Origin: Zancudomyces culisetae HAW-14-8
Taxonomy: Eukaryota > Fungi > Kickxellomycota
Assembly: GCA_052426225.1 (NCBI GenBank)
Contig: JBNJNM010000011.1
Coordinates: forward strand, 1,612,001 to 1,676,000
Reading direction: 5' to 3'
Length of the DNA: 64,000 bases
Under the pieces are notes generated by a model that saw only the letters and a program-made list of their open reading frames with translations, searched no databases and was not told where the DNA came from. Numbering within the stretch: the first letter of the stretch is position 1; each line of letters begins with the position of its first letter. Position numbers and translations under genes: made by a program. Positions 47,301-60,151 of the stretch are shown in pieces.

Positions 47301-50144
47301 GTGGTCTTGAATTTCCAAACATTTTGTATATCATTTTGAATAAGCGGGTCCGTATAGCCGAAGGCCCAAAAGATAAACGATTAATTAATTAATTAATAAT
47401 TAATTGTCGCATTTATTGTCTGTATTGGGTCTAATTTTGCTATGTTTCTTTGTAACCAGTTGTTATATTTACAATTAAATAAGAGCAAAGATATTGTGTG
47501 AGGGTAGAGATGCATATTGCAAAAATCTGGTGTTCTATTTTTTTTATCTTAGCTTTTTGAAAGAATCGTCAAAAAATGCAGAAAAAAGCCAGCGTTCATT
47601 TGTCGGCGCTGACAATCATTTTTAAAAGGTTGTGCACTATTTTTATTTTATTCCCTTCCCCCCCTCTGTTTTCCCCAACTTTTGTTTGTTTAATGTGAAG
47701 ATGACAACATGTAGTGTCGGGCTTTAAACAGATCTTGTCATTTAAAAACGCTTAGTAAGAAGGATATGCGATGTAAATCACTTTATGCCACCAATAGCAT
47801 ATAGGGAGGTTAGTTTATTGCTTAATCTATACCAGCGAAAACGAAAACCAAAAGTTTTTTTTTTAATAAATCACTGGTTTTTCTGTGTATTGGAAGTCCT
47901 TTTATCCCTGTTAAAAAAGCAAACCTGCTTTAGTGATCGTGAAAACAGGTTTAAGTATCATGGGGCTTGAGCCCTCACTCCCCTTCTTTTTGAAATAATA
48001 ATTTCAATTGAAGGCTAGCAACTCATTAATTATTCTGTAATGTGGTGATATTTTGGTGTATGCGCCTAGAAAATGTCTCTTGCGGAGGGGGGGAGTGTTA
48101 CACAATGCAACTTTACGTCTACTAAGTTTGTATAATTATATTGTGAGCGCTTTTGCATTTTTCCACATATTTTCCTAAACAATTTGGTCTATTTTGCAAT
48201 AAATATTTCTGAGCATGATTATATTTGAACAGGCATTTAACAGAAAGTGAAAAACAAAGACATATAAATGAATGAAGTGAATAAGACTCGATACTCGAAA
48301 AAAACAAAAAAAAAAGTTTACTTGCAAAGCACTTTAAAAGCTGAAATAAAAAACGTCACTTTTAATGCTTGCTTTCACCAAACACAGGACATAGTGGTAC
48401 ACTTGCAAAGCTACCACAAGGTTCAATAAAAAAGACACACCTCCAAATTTCTCAGACCATTTCCTGTTTTATTGTCCGCACTTCTGGTTTATTCCACTTG
48501 AAGTCTTGAGGTAACACAAAAAGGCCCTGATGACAAATGAATTTATTGACACAATATTGACTTTAACGATTTTTTTTCGATGTTTGTACGCTGTGAATCA
48601 AGGTCTGGTTTTTAAATGGTTTAGTTGCATACTCAATAATACACGTATTATCTCCTTTCTCTTCTCTTCGTTTCTAAAAGCAATCAAGTAAACCAAGACT
48701 ATAGAATCAACGAGTGTGACGTCAAAATATATGCGTTCCAGGATTACTCAGATATTTTTTAATATTTCGTTTCTCTAATTTGCAGCAATTATCATTCTTC
48801 TCAAACTGGCGGTATTCAGATTTGCTGGAGATTATGTAATATCACGCGACTGTTCACAAGTACAAAGACTGCTTAAGCTCTTTTTTCGTTGATATAATGC
48901 AGCCACTGGTGCTGTTTGCTTAGTTCCCCACGCTCTTATTACAGTACTACTGAACTGAAAATGAAATAATGCACCCTAGGAGAGGGGGAGGGAGGGGTAG
49001 TTGGATACCATATTGCTTGATAACGACCCACTTAATACGACTTTTAGTTTATTTAGGACGGGAGCTGTTTAATTTTTTTGAAATGCTAACGAGATACGGC
49101 AAAGCACAATTAAAGAATATGCGGATAATGATATTCGTGTCATTGATCAAGTTGTATCAAGACAATGACATATCACGTGTAAACTTAAATCCTATATATT
49201 TCTGATTGTTTCATACAAGACCGATATTCACTTAGTTTCTATAAACAATCAAAAAAATTGCATTGTCAAAATTACTGAAACTAACCTCAGAGAACTCAAT
49301 ATATTTATCGGGTGAAAGTGTAAAATATGAATTTGGCCGAAATTTGGTATTTCTAAATAGTGCGCGTGACACACTATTATTCCAGGCATTTCAGTTGAAG
49401 TGGTTCCATTAACGCTTTTTTTTATAGGAGAAATGGGCATGTATTGATCGTTAGCACTATTTATGATATTTTAAATTATTCTTTACTGTTAAAAAGTGGA
49501 GCGGATAAAACCATCGAGGTAGCCTCTTCATTGCTTCAAAAATATATTGACCATTTAGCTACTTGACATTGGCATATTTCGAAGAGCTTCACTTCTCAGA
49601 GTAATGAATAGAAAGCAGCATTGACTCTCTTGATGGTTTGCGGAATAGAAAATCGTATACCATGCCCAACAAGTTGCTCAAGCATGCGTAGGTTGAGTTC
49701 AAAATTCGCCGCCATCAAAACGTGATGTTCCTTCCACTCATGAGGATCATCGGTTAACTGTTTATCAATTTTTGGTAAATTTATGGAGACTACCAGTAGC
49801 GCGTGCTTTTTTTGACCCAGATAGGGGGCTACAGTCAGATATTTGCCTTAGCAAACTGTGCTAGAGCATATACTCCTTTGGGTTTGGATCGAAAAATCAA
49901 GTATGTAGGACTGGAACCCTGAGCCAATAGCTGAAGTGGAAAAAATAGTGCTTTTTACGTTTTTATTTTTGTTTTTAAAGCCATTGTTAAATGAAATGGT
50001 ATATTTACATAGAATAGTAAAACCCACGAGCAATCTGAGCCAAAAGATACATTTAACAACTATTGTTTTTGTTTAGCCACCAGCCTCACGCACAATCAAC
50101 TAGAGATAAGATAGAGGATTAACAACAAATCTACAACCTTTAAA

Positions 50145-51919
50145 ATGTCGAATCTTAGACTCGGAAATGAAAAGAAAACGATTTTATATATTAGTAAGCC
50201 CGAATGTTTTGTTTTTTTTTTGTTTGCGATCTCTGCATCCCAAAATGCTTAAATATGTATAAATGAATATGATACATCATTTGTGAGCAGAAATATTCTT
50301 ACCTCTAAGATTTTTAAAAAGAACAAATATGCAAATTAAGTAACCAGAAAACAAATGTGATTGTAGGTGGAATTGATCCAGGGGTAGATGAGGAAACATT
50401 AAGAGCCGCGTTTATACCATTCGGGGAAGTTGTAGAGGTGGTGCTACCAAATGATCCCAACTCAGGTATTGATTCTTTTACTCTTTTACTGTCTTGGACC
50501 GACATTCTTCGAGTATTTACTGCTGGAGTAAATTGTTTGAGACTAATCAAGCATATTTTTTCTCCTGTACTTCAAAGACAATAGACACAGGGGATTCGGT
50601 TTTATAGAATTTGAAGAAGCCGAAGACGCAAACGATGCGATTGACAATATGAATAATGCAGAATTATTCGGAAAAACGATAAACGTCAATTTGGCTAAGT
50701 CAGGAAAATATACTGAGACATCCAATCGAGCAGGTGAATGCAAAGCTGATATACTCATTATACTTATATCAATCCACTTCTTTTCAATGTATCTACTATT
50801 TTATATATATCTTAGTCTGGGATGATGAAGAATGGATAAAAAAACATGCTTTCGGAAGGGATGGACCGGAAGGCGAACAGGCAAAAGATAACTCGATTAC
50901 TGGTGGCAAAAACTCAGACATCACAAATCCAAGGTAAGCTAGTGTATTGAAGGCAGAAATGGGGAGGGGGGGGGGCTGATGTACTTTCATCAGAAAATAC
51001 TACAGAGAATGGATGTCAAACTCAGTTGCAGTATAAGTACTTTGATTATTTAAATTAAAAAAATAGGTTGTTTTTGGAAGTCAGTGTTGATGGAAAGCCA
51101 GCTGGTAGAATCGAATTGGTACTTAGAGCCGATGTGGCGCCTCGAACTGCTGAGTAAGCCTATTATACATTACTTTTGATTTATTGTGGCTAACTTGCTT
51201 TATTTGCTATATATAGGAACTTCAGACAACTGTACGTGCTTTTTATGTCGATCTACTTGTCGATTGCTTTTTATCTTAACCACACCACGATATACATCTA
51301 ATCTTTTACAAATATTTAGGTGTACACATAAAAGCGGATTTGGGTATAAAAACTCAATCTTCCATAGGGTAAGCACACCAATCTTTTCATTCACAGCATC
51401 TAGATTTAACACGAATATAGACTTTATTCAAGAGCTGTGTACAGATTTTTACTATCATTCTTTTTTCACTTATAGATAATCCCAAAGTTTATGATCCAAG
51501 GTGGTGATTTTCAGAACTTCAACGGAACAGGCGGAAAATCTATTTATGGAAACAACTTTAACGATGAAAACTTTGTACTGAAACATGATGGTCCTGGCGT
51601 CCTCTCTATGGCCAACTCTGGCCCCAACACAAATGGGTCGCAGTTTTTTATAACACTAGACCAGACTGAATGGTAAGCTCGATTTGCTTATCTTTATTCA
51701 TAAATAAATGCCAAGTTCCACATATACACAAGACTTATATCACTGATCACACTCTCATCTTCCTTTTTTATTTTAAAAATATATAGGCTTGATGGCAAAC
51801 ATGTTGTGTTTGGTCATGTCACCAAAGGAATGGATGTAGTACGCATGATAGAGGCGTTGGGAACAGCATCAGGAAAACCCAAAAAAACAGTTACTATCTC
51901 TGGCTGTGGCGAGGTTTAG
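50145..51919 (+). CDS. PPIE: Cyclophilin E / Cyp33 (RRM + peptidyl-prolyl isomerase), multi-exon
   Basis: TILYI|[78 protein letters not shown]|[29 protein letters not shown]|LDGKHVVFG. Confidence 0.93.
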
Positions 51920-52144
51920 AGCCGATTTTCTTCAAACGTTTTTTTTTCTTACATAACCAGTTTTGCGTCACAAGGTTATCTACATCACAACTCGGGTTAT
52001 TGTACAGGTTTTATTGTATTAAAAACAAATTAACAAATTAATAAATCTATATATCTCAATGCTAGCAGCTATTATTGGCCTTTGCAAGCATTTCTTTTCT
52101 TTTCTTTTCTTTTCATCTTTTTTTCCGGTAAGCCGAATGTAGAG

Positions 52145-53651
52145 TTATAGTACATGATGTAGTTTGCTGCAAAAGAAAAAAAGTTTTCTGGTTTGCTTAT
52201 ACAAAAAGTATCCAAAATAAAAGTACATAATTAAGATGTAACTCTCTGAAGTCATCATTAAGCGTTTGATGTTGTAAATTATTGCGCCCAAGCTATAATC
52301 CAGGTATTTTGATTCACGGCTATCATAAGGTTCGGAGCCGATCTGCGTGTTGATACTGAAAGTTCCCTTTGTTTTTCTTTTAGTATTAATTAACATTTGC
52401 TGAAATATGTATTGCGCCAAATGCGAGTGTACTTTTGTAGTTATGTGGGTTTCATCCCACCAAATGTGATTGTCTGGATCTTCGCATATCTTATGAATAA
52501 TCTTTGTCGTATTGATACACGCTTTATGTCGTTTTTCTATGTATATTAGCATAACAGATATAAAGCTATACTTTTCTGTAGACAAGTTCAATATAATCGA
52601 CAAATTAGAAGAGTATTGTAGAATGAACATACCTATTGCTTCAACTTGATTATCTGTGAACTTAATTATGTTCTCGTCAAACTTGCCAAGATGGGGTATA
52701 TACAGATTTTTGACTCTGTTTTTGAGCACTGTGTTGACCTGCTCGTTCAGTATTCTGTTAAACATGTCTGAAACCACTCGAGCATGATGGTTATCAGAAT
52801 ACCCGTGTAAATGTCCTAATCCGGGGACGCCCACTAAAAGTATATTTTGTGCTTGTATTTTTTTGCTATCTAGAAGGGGTTCCTATCAGAATATACAGAA
52901 ATAATTTAATAAAGCCGTTTCACGTTGTTTCTCGTGTCTTTAGATATCAAAAAAGATAATTATAAATATAGTACCATATATTGGAGCAGCTGGTTTACAA
53001 CAAAAATCAAGCTCTCTTTCACATAATCCTGGGCACTCTCAATACTAAGGTGGCTTATGTTTTTTATTATACTAAATAGCTCGCTTTTCCCAAAGTTTAA
53101 TGCGTATAGCGTATATTCTGGATCAAATTTAGCAGTTCTGGATTCCTGGCCGTCCAAATATTCAAGATATACTTCAATTTGTTTGCTTAGATCGGGGATT
53201 GGTGTCTCAACCCTTTCCGAGTCACTTTTAATCAAAGAAGCAATTTTTTTTGTTTTTGCACTTATTGTGGCGTTTCCTACATGATTTTTTTTGTTTTTAG
53301 CATGCTGTTTTAGTTAATCGATCTTATACTTGAAATAAAAATTAAGCACTCTTCAGTGAAAACATATAATAAATCAATGCAGCAAATCTACTAACCATAT
53401 CCAAAACTTATAACATCTGCGTCGAGGAGTTCAGCCAAGTACTCTCCCCATGTGAGTCCATTAGTATATCTTCCAAAATAGTAAGGTGACTTTGGGTATC
53501 CGCCCGTTACAAGATACCCTCTTCCCAAATCGACATCATCGTCGCCAAACAATACAATATTCCTATACTGTGATTTTAGGTGCAACTCGTGTATTCGATC
53601 CGAGATGGCACATTTAGTAATAAAAATAATAAAGGTCAGTATTGCAAACAT
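52145..53651 (-). CDS. SGNH/GDSL hydrolase-fold protein with signal peptide and C-terminal hydrophobic anchor; nucleophile Ser absent; 3 exons
   Basis: IVLFGDDDVDLG, PYYFGRYTNGLTWGEYLA, FGYGNATI, DLSKQIEVYL, C.DPDNHIWWDETHITTKVH. Confidence 0.8.
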
Positions 53652-55708
53652 CTTTTTATCTGGATATCTAACCAAAAGCAGGTCTTCCTTCAATAAAGCA
53701 CAAGGACATGAATATATGGTTGAACTTTTTTGTAGCCGAAAAATACAAATACTACTGTATTATAGTGTATTACATGCAGTTTATACTTTTGAAAAAGTAT
53801 AGTTTATGCAAATTAGCAAAATGTATGTTTTGATATCATTTAGTCTTGAAATACCTTTTTATTCTTTATATTTTGATTTATTCTGAAGCCTTTGATATGT
53901 CAACAGAGGCTCCATGTGTACTACCACACAGCGTGTTGAAAAGGCTATCGAAAAAGTATAACTTAGTTTCGAAGCTTTAATCTTCATTTTGAAGAAATGA
54001 TTCAGCATTAAACTTCTGCTCCCACGAAATTATCTTATATTTGACTACACGTGTTCCGTGTAAATCTTGGGCTATATAGCATTATAATTCCGAACCATAT
54101 GGACCACCCTAGTTAATTTTTATTTTCCCTCTCATGTCACAATACCAAAATTATCCCATGTGGGAAAATTCAAGCTAATTTGAACGATGTATTGTTTTAT
54201 TTTCACAACCACATGGGTACAAAATTCTATTTACAAATATTTATTTCAGAGGTCAAACTGTTGAGATTGCAAATATAGGCTTGGTGTGTACCTAAATTTT
54301 GTGTACTCATTACATTCCTCCTCCACTCCCCTTCACCACTCCTCCACACACAAACCCAAGATGCATTTGATGAAATATGTAGTAAACCCGAAGTAAACAG
54401 GAGAATAATCGGGGTATTATGCTCCTTATGTGTTGCGTACAGTTCATAGTTTCTAAACAAGTTTATTTTCTGGTCGTTGGAGAATGTTTTCTTTTTCCAG
54501 GTGCGATGTGAGTTTACGCCCGAAATATGGTTAGAGTCTACTTTAGCATTCGTTTTCTTAAACTGAACCTAGGTAAGGAAAAGTAGATGCCGTAAACAAA
54601 CCCATGGCACTGAAAAAAAGCTTGTAGGGTTTACAGCAAGCTCTTTTATTTAGTGGATTAGCGCGAAAACCAAACATTTTTTGAACAGCAATCAGAGTCT
54701 GCATTTAAATTATCCCCACACTAGTAATATATATGAATGATTAAATAAGCATGTTCTCAACCAAGTATATACCCTAATTCGAGAGGGGTTAGCATTAAAC
54801 CTTTGATAAGTGGAGGACTTTTCTTTTCCTCTTTTTTTAAAAAAGGGGTTTACCAAATTTGAGCAGTTTGAACCAAGAAAAACTGCCAAGTATGAGGAAA
54901 TAGTGTATCAATAGGCTCTAGTCAAATGATGTTTTGTTTAACATCCACAAGCAGTTGCTGATGCCTAATACACCCATATTATTGGCAACATGAGTATTAA
55001 AAGCAATATTTATCCAATAGTGTATAAATACAGACAAATCTATGAATGATAAACGTATATGAAAAATGGGATTATTATATAGTAGACAAAACTAGATCAA
55101 GATTGACAAATTCGTAAAAGTAAAGACGGTACTATGTCACTAGAATGGGGTGAAGAGTATCTAGGGAGTGGCTTTTTTATGGGTATATGATCAAGATTGC
55201 AGCTAGTCTTTTTTTTAAAAAAAAGAAAAGCGCATTCTGGAGGCAGGTTGTAGATGAGCGGGAAATATTTGAACTTAAGGGGTCAAGATTGCGCAATTCC
55301 AGAAAGTATAAAGAAATGTAGAAAGCTCAGGCTAGGGGTAAGAAAAACAAAAGCACTAACACAACATTGGAGAGGAATGTAGAGCCCAATAAAGCTGAAA
55401 AAAAGAATTTTATCTGCTAGCATTAACAAGATCACCTAAAGGTGCAGAAATGAACATGAATTGTACATAATTTTTATCAGCCTTCTGCAATAATTGGCCG
55501 ATTGAAAGTTGCTATCCGTTTCTACAACTATGATAGGCTGCGCAATTTTTTTCCATCCAAAAAAAGAGATAAAAATCTGAATGGTTTAGAGTAATAAAAG
55601 ATAAAAATACCAGCACTCAAAGCTAAATGATTAAGCAAATTATAATATAGATGAACTAGACTTTATTAAGAGGAACCGATAGAGTAGATCTGTACAATAA
55701 TATCCAAA

Positions 55709-58700
55709 ATGCTGATGATGCAACGATCACGCGAAGTGATAAGTAAGACAAGCAATTCAAAGCTGCTGGCGGGTTCTGTATATAAAAACAGTTGGGGGAA
55801 GCGATACGATTCTGTGGCAACTTTACTACACAAGAGATACAAGCATGATCTGGAAAAAAACGAGGAGGATTTAGAGGAAGGGTTAGACAAAGCGATGGGA
55901 GTGAGGACAGACGAAGAAATTAATGTACTAAAAGAGACAAACAAGAATGGTAGATGGTTTCGACACCAAGAAAATGCAATAAAAACCAAATCAATAGATC
56001 TGAGAAAAAGAAATAGGAAAGGAGGAAGAGCGGATAAAATAGTTGGTATGAAGGTGGATCTGGAAGATGGTATAGGCAAATACAATGAGGTGGTAATAGA
56101 GGGGCTGGTGAAGGATTTACTTGTGAAATCTGGAGAAAGTAGATATGAAACACGACAGGGTGGAGTGAGCGGCGAAAACGAGATCGACGTGAAAAAAGAA
56201 AATATAGAAGGTAAAATGGCTGCGTTTGACAAAGAAGGGGAGGCGATGCAAAATGACAGCGATAAAAGCAAAAGTGCGAGTGGAAGTGGAAGTGGTGGAG
56301 CGGATGAAAGTGAGGGAAACGGACCTCCAGGAGAAAAGGGGGAGAGGAAAACTACAACTGAGTTTAAAAGAGAGACAGTGGATGATGTAAAAGCGAATGT
56401 TGCGGCGGGACTAACCAGAGGAAGCCATTTGCTGCTTTATCAAGAGGATCAGTGGGGAGAAGCTGGGGCGATCGAGCTAATAGAACGTACCGGAAGTAAG
56501 ATGGGGGCAACTACGATAGCACTTGATATTCCAGATTGGTCGGTGATCGGTGTAGGAATAAACAGTGTGTTTGAGGATATTACGATAATAAGCCATGATT
56601 ATATGCCGCCACCCGAGATCGTAGGAAAGGTGGAAACGGCAATGTATCGAGCGATGAAAGGGCAGGCAGGCAAAAACAAATATCTAGATGAGGAGGAGAA
56701 AGAGGAAGAGGAAGAGGAAGAAGAAGAAAATGAGGAAGAGGAGGAGGAAGAGGGGGAAGATGCATTTGAGGGAAGATATGAAGAACCGGGCAAATTTGAA
56801 AGGGAAGAAAGAGGAAAAAAGAACCAGCGAGAAAGGCATTGGTTTGAGAAAGAAGATGACGGTAAACGAAAAGTGCAAGCACAAAAGGTGTCGCCAAGTC
56901 CTGAACTTCCATCAGAATTTCTAAACAATCCGTTGAATGCGAATGACACAAAAGTGTTAGACGACAGACTAAAAAAACTAATCTATTCACGACAGCTGAT
57001 TAAAAAGGGAGAGGGTGAGAATGGAATCCAGCCACTAATAATAGTAGTAAAACACCTGGGAGATTTATTAAACACGCGGATTGGATATACACTCTTTGAG
57101 CGACTGGTGAGGGCAGCACATCAGCATAATAGAGAGGTGCACAAGATAATTGGGGGTGGGTTTGTGGGAGGAGGAGATGATGCGATACGGGGAACAGTAA
57201 TGATAGTTGGGATGATGCATCCAAGCATATTCCATCCAAAAATTGCGCCACCAACACTGCCGCCATTTGATACAAATCCATCAGCACCACCGGCAGTATT
57301 TGAACCACTTGGAAGTACTACGAGAACAGCGAGCACAGGAGTGGTTTCGAAGAAAGATATTGATGAGATAGGGGGAGCGTTGACGGGGGGAAAAACACCA
57401 ACACCGATCATGGTGAGTATCACATCAGTTGGAGATAAAAGATCAGGAAAAGGGGTGGAGCCGCCTGGTTTATCCTCTATTTTGGGCGAGATTATCAAAG
57501 GAAAGTTTCGAGAAGAGATGGGACGAGTGGCAATGAATACAGGAGGGGGGGTGGTGGGTTCAAGCCTTTTTACGCGTGTAGGGCTGCCGGTTTCAGATCC
57601 GGAGTATTGCGCAGAAAAAAGCAGTATTAGGTGTTTATGGAACAATGGAGGTGAAATGCACATATCGAACCGACAAAAGGCAGTATATCAACAAGTACTT
57701 AATAGGAATGCCTTGGTGCTTAGAAACATCCTTATGCTAAACGGGGTGGTTGGTGTAACATTGGACACAGTGATAGAAACCAACAAGGAGGTGGGGCAGC
57801 GGGTGGTGACTAGAACAGCGGCAACACACGTTTCGAGGGTGTTGTCAGGAGATGGTAGTAAAGGTAGACATACGGAGGGAATCGAGGTAGACACCTTGAT
57901 CAAGCTATTGGAGTTGGTTCCCGGAAATCTAGCAGGGCGAGTCTTTTTGGCAGAAACATTTATCCACCGACTAGCAAAGAACAGTATTGGTATAATGATG
58001 CAAGAAATGTTGGAAAACAGAACAGCAGTAGATTTCTGGAAGCAAAAAGACGATCCATCAGGTAACCATGCGATGGTGGTTACGAGCAGTCAGTTTTTGC
58101 AGGCCTGGAAGCAAGTTATTGGGTCGTACAAAGCGTTGGGTATGTCATTGGCCATCAATCCAATCACAAGAGCTGTTTCAACAGCAGCAAGCTCTGTGGA
58201 TAAGAGAATATTTGAGTATTATCCTGACAAGAGCGAAGCATCAACAAAACCAAAGGATTATGTTTACACACATAACCTTATCACAGAACAGGCAATCCCA
58301 TTCTCAGATGTGCCTATGGGTGCTCTGGGGCTTTTGGTACGCGACAGTCGAAGTGTAGAAATTAAAAAACGGGTTGCAAGAGATAGTAAAGACATGATAG
58401 AGTCTGAACAGGCAAAAGTCGAAAAGAAAGATAGGGAGGGTGAGGAAGACCGGGATGATGAGGGTGAGGGAGGAGGAGGAATAACAAAAAAACCGGTGAA
58501 GGAAGGTGAAAAAGAAAAGGAGATGGTGGGTAATGCAAATAACAATGCGAATCCAGAGAAAAGACGACCAATAGTTCCAGAAGCACACCACAGCACCTCT
58601 GAAGAAACAGCGCGGCGGGTTCGAAGTCTGAATCGCGACAAGCTTAACCAGTACGAAAAACGACTGCTTAGCTGCGTAGTTGATCCAAATTCAATTCCCT

Positions 58701-59827
58701 CTGGATTCTCAAATGTGGTTGCTAGTCCTGAGACTGTTATGACACTCCAAGAACTAATCTCGCTGCCTCTGCTATGTCCAAAACTATACAGTAGCGGAAT
58801 CCTTGCTCGCCACAGTATTTCGGGAGTTTTAATGTTTGGTCCGCCAGGCACGGGAAAGACAATGTTGGCCAAGGCGGTAGCCAGGGAGAGCGGCAGTACA
58901 GTATTGGATATCAAATCCAGCGATGTTAACGACAAGTTTGTTGGCGAGGGGGAAAAACTGGTTCGGGCAGTGTTTAGCTTAGCACGCAAGTTGTCACCGT
59001 GTGTGATATTTATTGACGAGGTGGATAGCTTGTTTGCGGCTCGTTCGAGTGATTTGAACTCGACGCATAAACGCGATTTGATTAATCAGTTTATGAGCGA
59101 GTGGGATGGGTTGACCTCTAAGTCCAGTTTTAACGCCAACTCTCGAGTTATTTTGATGGCGGCTACCAATCGACCGTTTGATTTAGATGATGCTATTTTG
59201 CGTAGACTTCCTCGTAGGATTCTTGTTGATTTGCCCTCAGCTGCTGACAGAGCCAAAATCATTTCACTGCACTTGGAAGGTGAAAAAATTTCACCAGCGT
59301 TGGATATCAACAAAATAGCTGAACGGGCACAGTTTTATTCTGGCTCGGATTTGAAGAATTTGTGTATAGCTGCAGCTTTGTCTGCCGTTAGAGAACATAT
59401 CTCAAAACATGCTTCCACCATTTCTGATCACAACAATGGCAGTGGAAACGACCACAACATTGACAACAGTGGTCGGATCAGCGGCGATAGCAATAACAAT
59501 AGTAATAGCAATCATGAAACACAAAAAAATGAAAAATATCCTCCGCCACTGACACCAGAAATCTTAAATAGGTGGATATCTCACCTAAAATCCAAAAAAT
59601 CACTACCAAAACATGCTGGCGCAATCATTGATGCAAATATGGAGTTGGAGCCGGACGGTTTGGTGCTGACTGATCACCATTTTGACTTGGCATTCAATAT
59701 GGTTTCCTCGTCCTGTAGCAACGACATGAACTCAGTTACGGAGCTCCGTAAGTGGGATAAAAAATATGGCGATCATGCTAGTAGTGGTAGCGGTGGCGGG
59801 ACTAAAAGGGTTTTTGGGTTTTACTAG
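55709..59827 (+). CDS. Long Msp1/ATAD1/spastin-clade AAA+ ATPase (1372 aa, intronless)
   Basis: GVLMFGPPGTGKTMLAKAVARESG, KFVGEGEK, PCVIFIDEVD, FMSEWDGL, AATNRPFDLDDAILRRLPRR, YSGSDLKNLC, LRKWDKKYG. A degenerate upstream AAA-like segment (PLIIVVKH) is also present. Confidence 0.9.
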   Translation: MLMMQRSREVISKTSNSKLLAGSVYKNSWGKRYDSVATLLHKRYKHDLEKNEEDLEEGLDKAMGVRTDEEINVLKETNKNGRWFRHQENAIKTKSIDLRKRNRKGGRADKIVGMKVDLEDGIGKYNEVVIEGLVKDLLVKSGESRYETRQGGVSGENEIDVKKENIEGKMAAFDKEGEAMQNDSDKSKSASGSGSGGADESEGNGPPGEKGERKTTTEFKRETVDDVKANVAAGLTRGSHLLLYQEDQWGEAGAIELIERTGSKMGATTIALDIPDWSVIGVGINSVFEDITIISHDYMPPPEIVGKVETAMYRAMKGQAGKNKYLDEEEKEEEEEEEEENEEEEEEEGEDAFEGRYEEPGKFEREERGKKNQRERHWFEKEDDGKRKVQAQKVSPSPELPSEFLNNPLNANDTKVLDDRLKKLIYSRQLIKKGEGENGIQPLIIVVKHLGDLLNTRIGYTLFERLVRAAHQHNREVHKIIGGGFVGGGDDAIRGTVMIVGMMHPSIFHPKIAPPTLPPFDTNPSAPPAVFEPLGSTTRTASTGVVSKKDIDEIGGALTGGKTPTPIMVSITSVGDKRSGKGVEPPGLSSILGEIIKGKFREEMGRVAMNTGGGVVGSSLFTRVGLPVSDPEYCAEKSSIRCLWNNGGEMHISNRQKAVYQQVLNRNALVLRNILMLNGVVGVTLDTVIETNKEVGQRVVTRTAATHVSRVLSGDGSKGRHTEGIEVDTLIKLLELVPGNLAGRVFLAETFIHRLAKNSIGIMMQEMLENRTAVDFWKQKDDPSGNHAMVVTSSQFLQAWKQVIGSYKALGMSLAINPITRAVSTAASSVDKRIFEYYPDKSEASTKPKDYVYTHNLITEQAIPFSDVPMGALGLLVRDSRSVEIKKRVARDSKDMIESEQAKVEKKDREGEEDRDDEGEGGGGITKKPVKEGEKEKEMVGNANNNANPEKRRPIVPEAHHSTSEETARRVRSLNRDKLNQYEKRLLSCVVDPNSIPSGFSNVVASPETVMTLQELISLPLLCPKLYSSGILARHSISGVLMFGPPGTGKTMLAKAVARESGSTVLDIKSSDVNDKFVGEGEKLVRAVFSLARKLSPCVIFIDEVDSLFAARSSDLNSTHKRDLINQFMSEWDGLTSKSSFNANSRVILMAATNRPFDLDDAILRRLPRRILVDLPSAADRAKIISLHLEGEKISPALDINKIAERAQFYSGSDLKNLCIAAALSAVREHISKHASTISDHNNGSGNDHNIDNSGRISGDSNNNSNSNHETQKNEKYPPPLTPEILNRWISHLKSKKSLPKHAGAIIDANMELEPDGLVLTDHHFDLAFNMVSSSCSNDMNSVTELRKWDKKYGDHASSGSGGGTKRVFGFY

Positions 59828-60151
59828 TTTAACTGATTTACTATGCTTTGATGTTGATTATTAGTTTTTCTTTATTTTTACCATTACTAGATTTTTCTCG
59901 TTTTTTTACTTTCAGATGAAGTAAAAAGTTTAGGTGTGATATTAGAATGAACACCTGTAGTAATGGTTAATTACTTGGTGGTAAAAAGAAAGTGTAAAAT
60001 AAAATACAGTTCAATTCAAAGAATGGAGTGTAGTTAAAATCGAATATATAAGCTTGGATCGCAAATAACCACTTTTTAAATAAATTAGATAAAATAATAG
60101 AACGCTAATCGAAATCGCTCATGTAAAAAAAATAGTGATAAAAAGAAAAAG

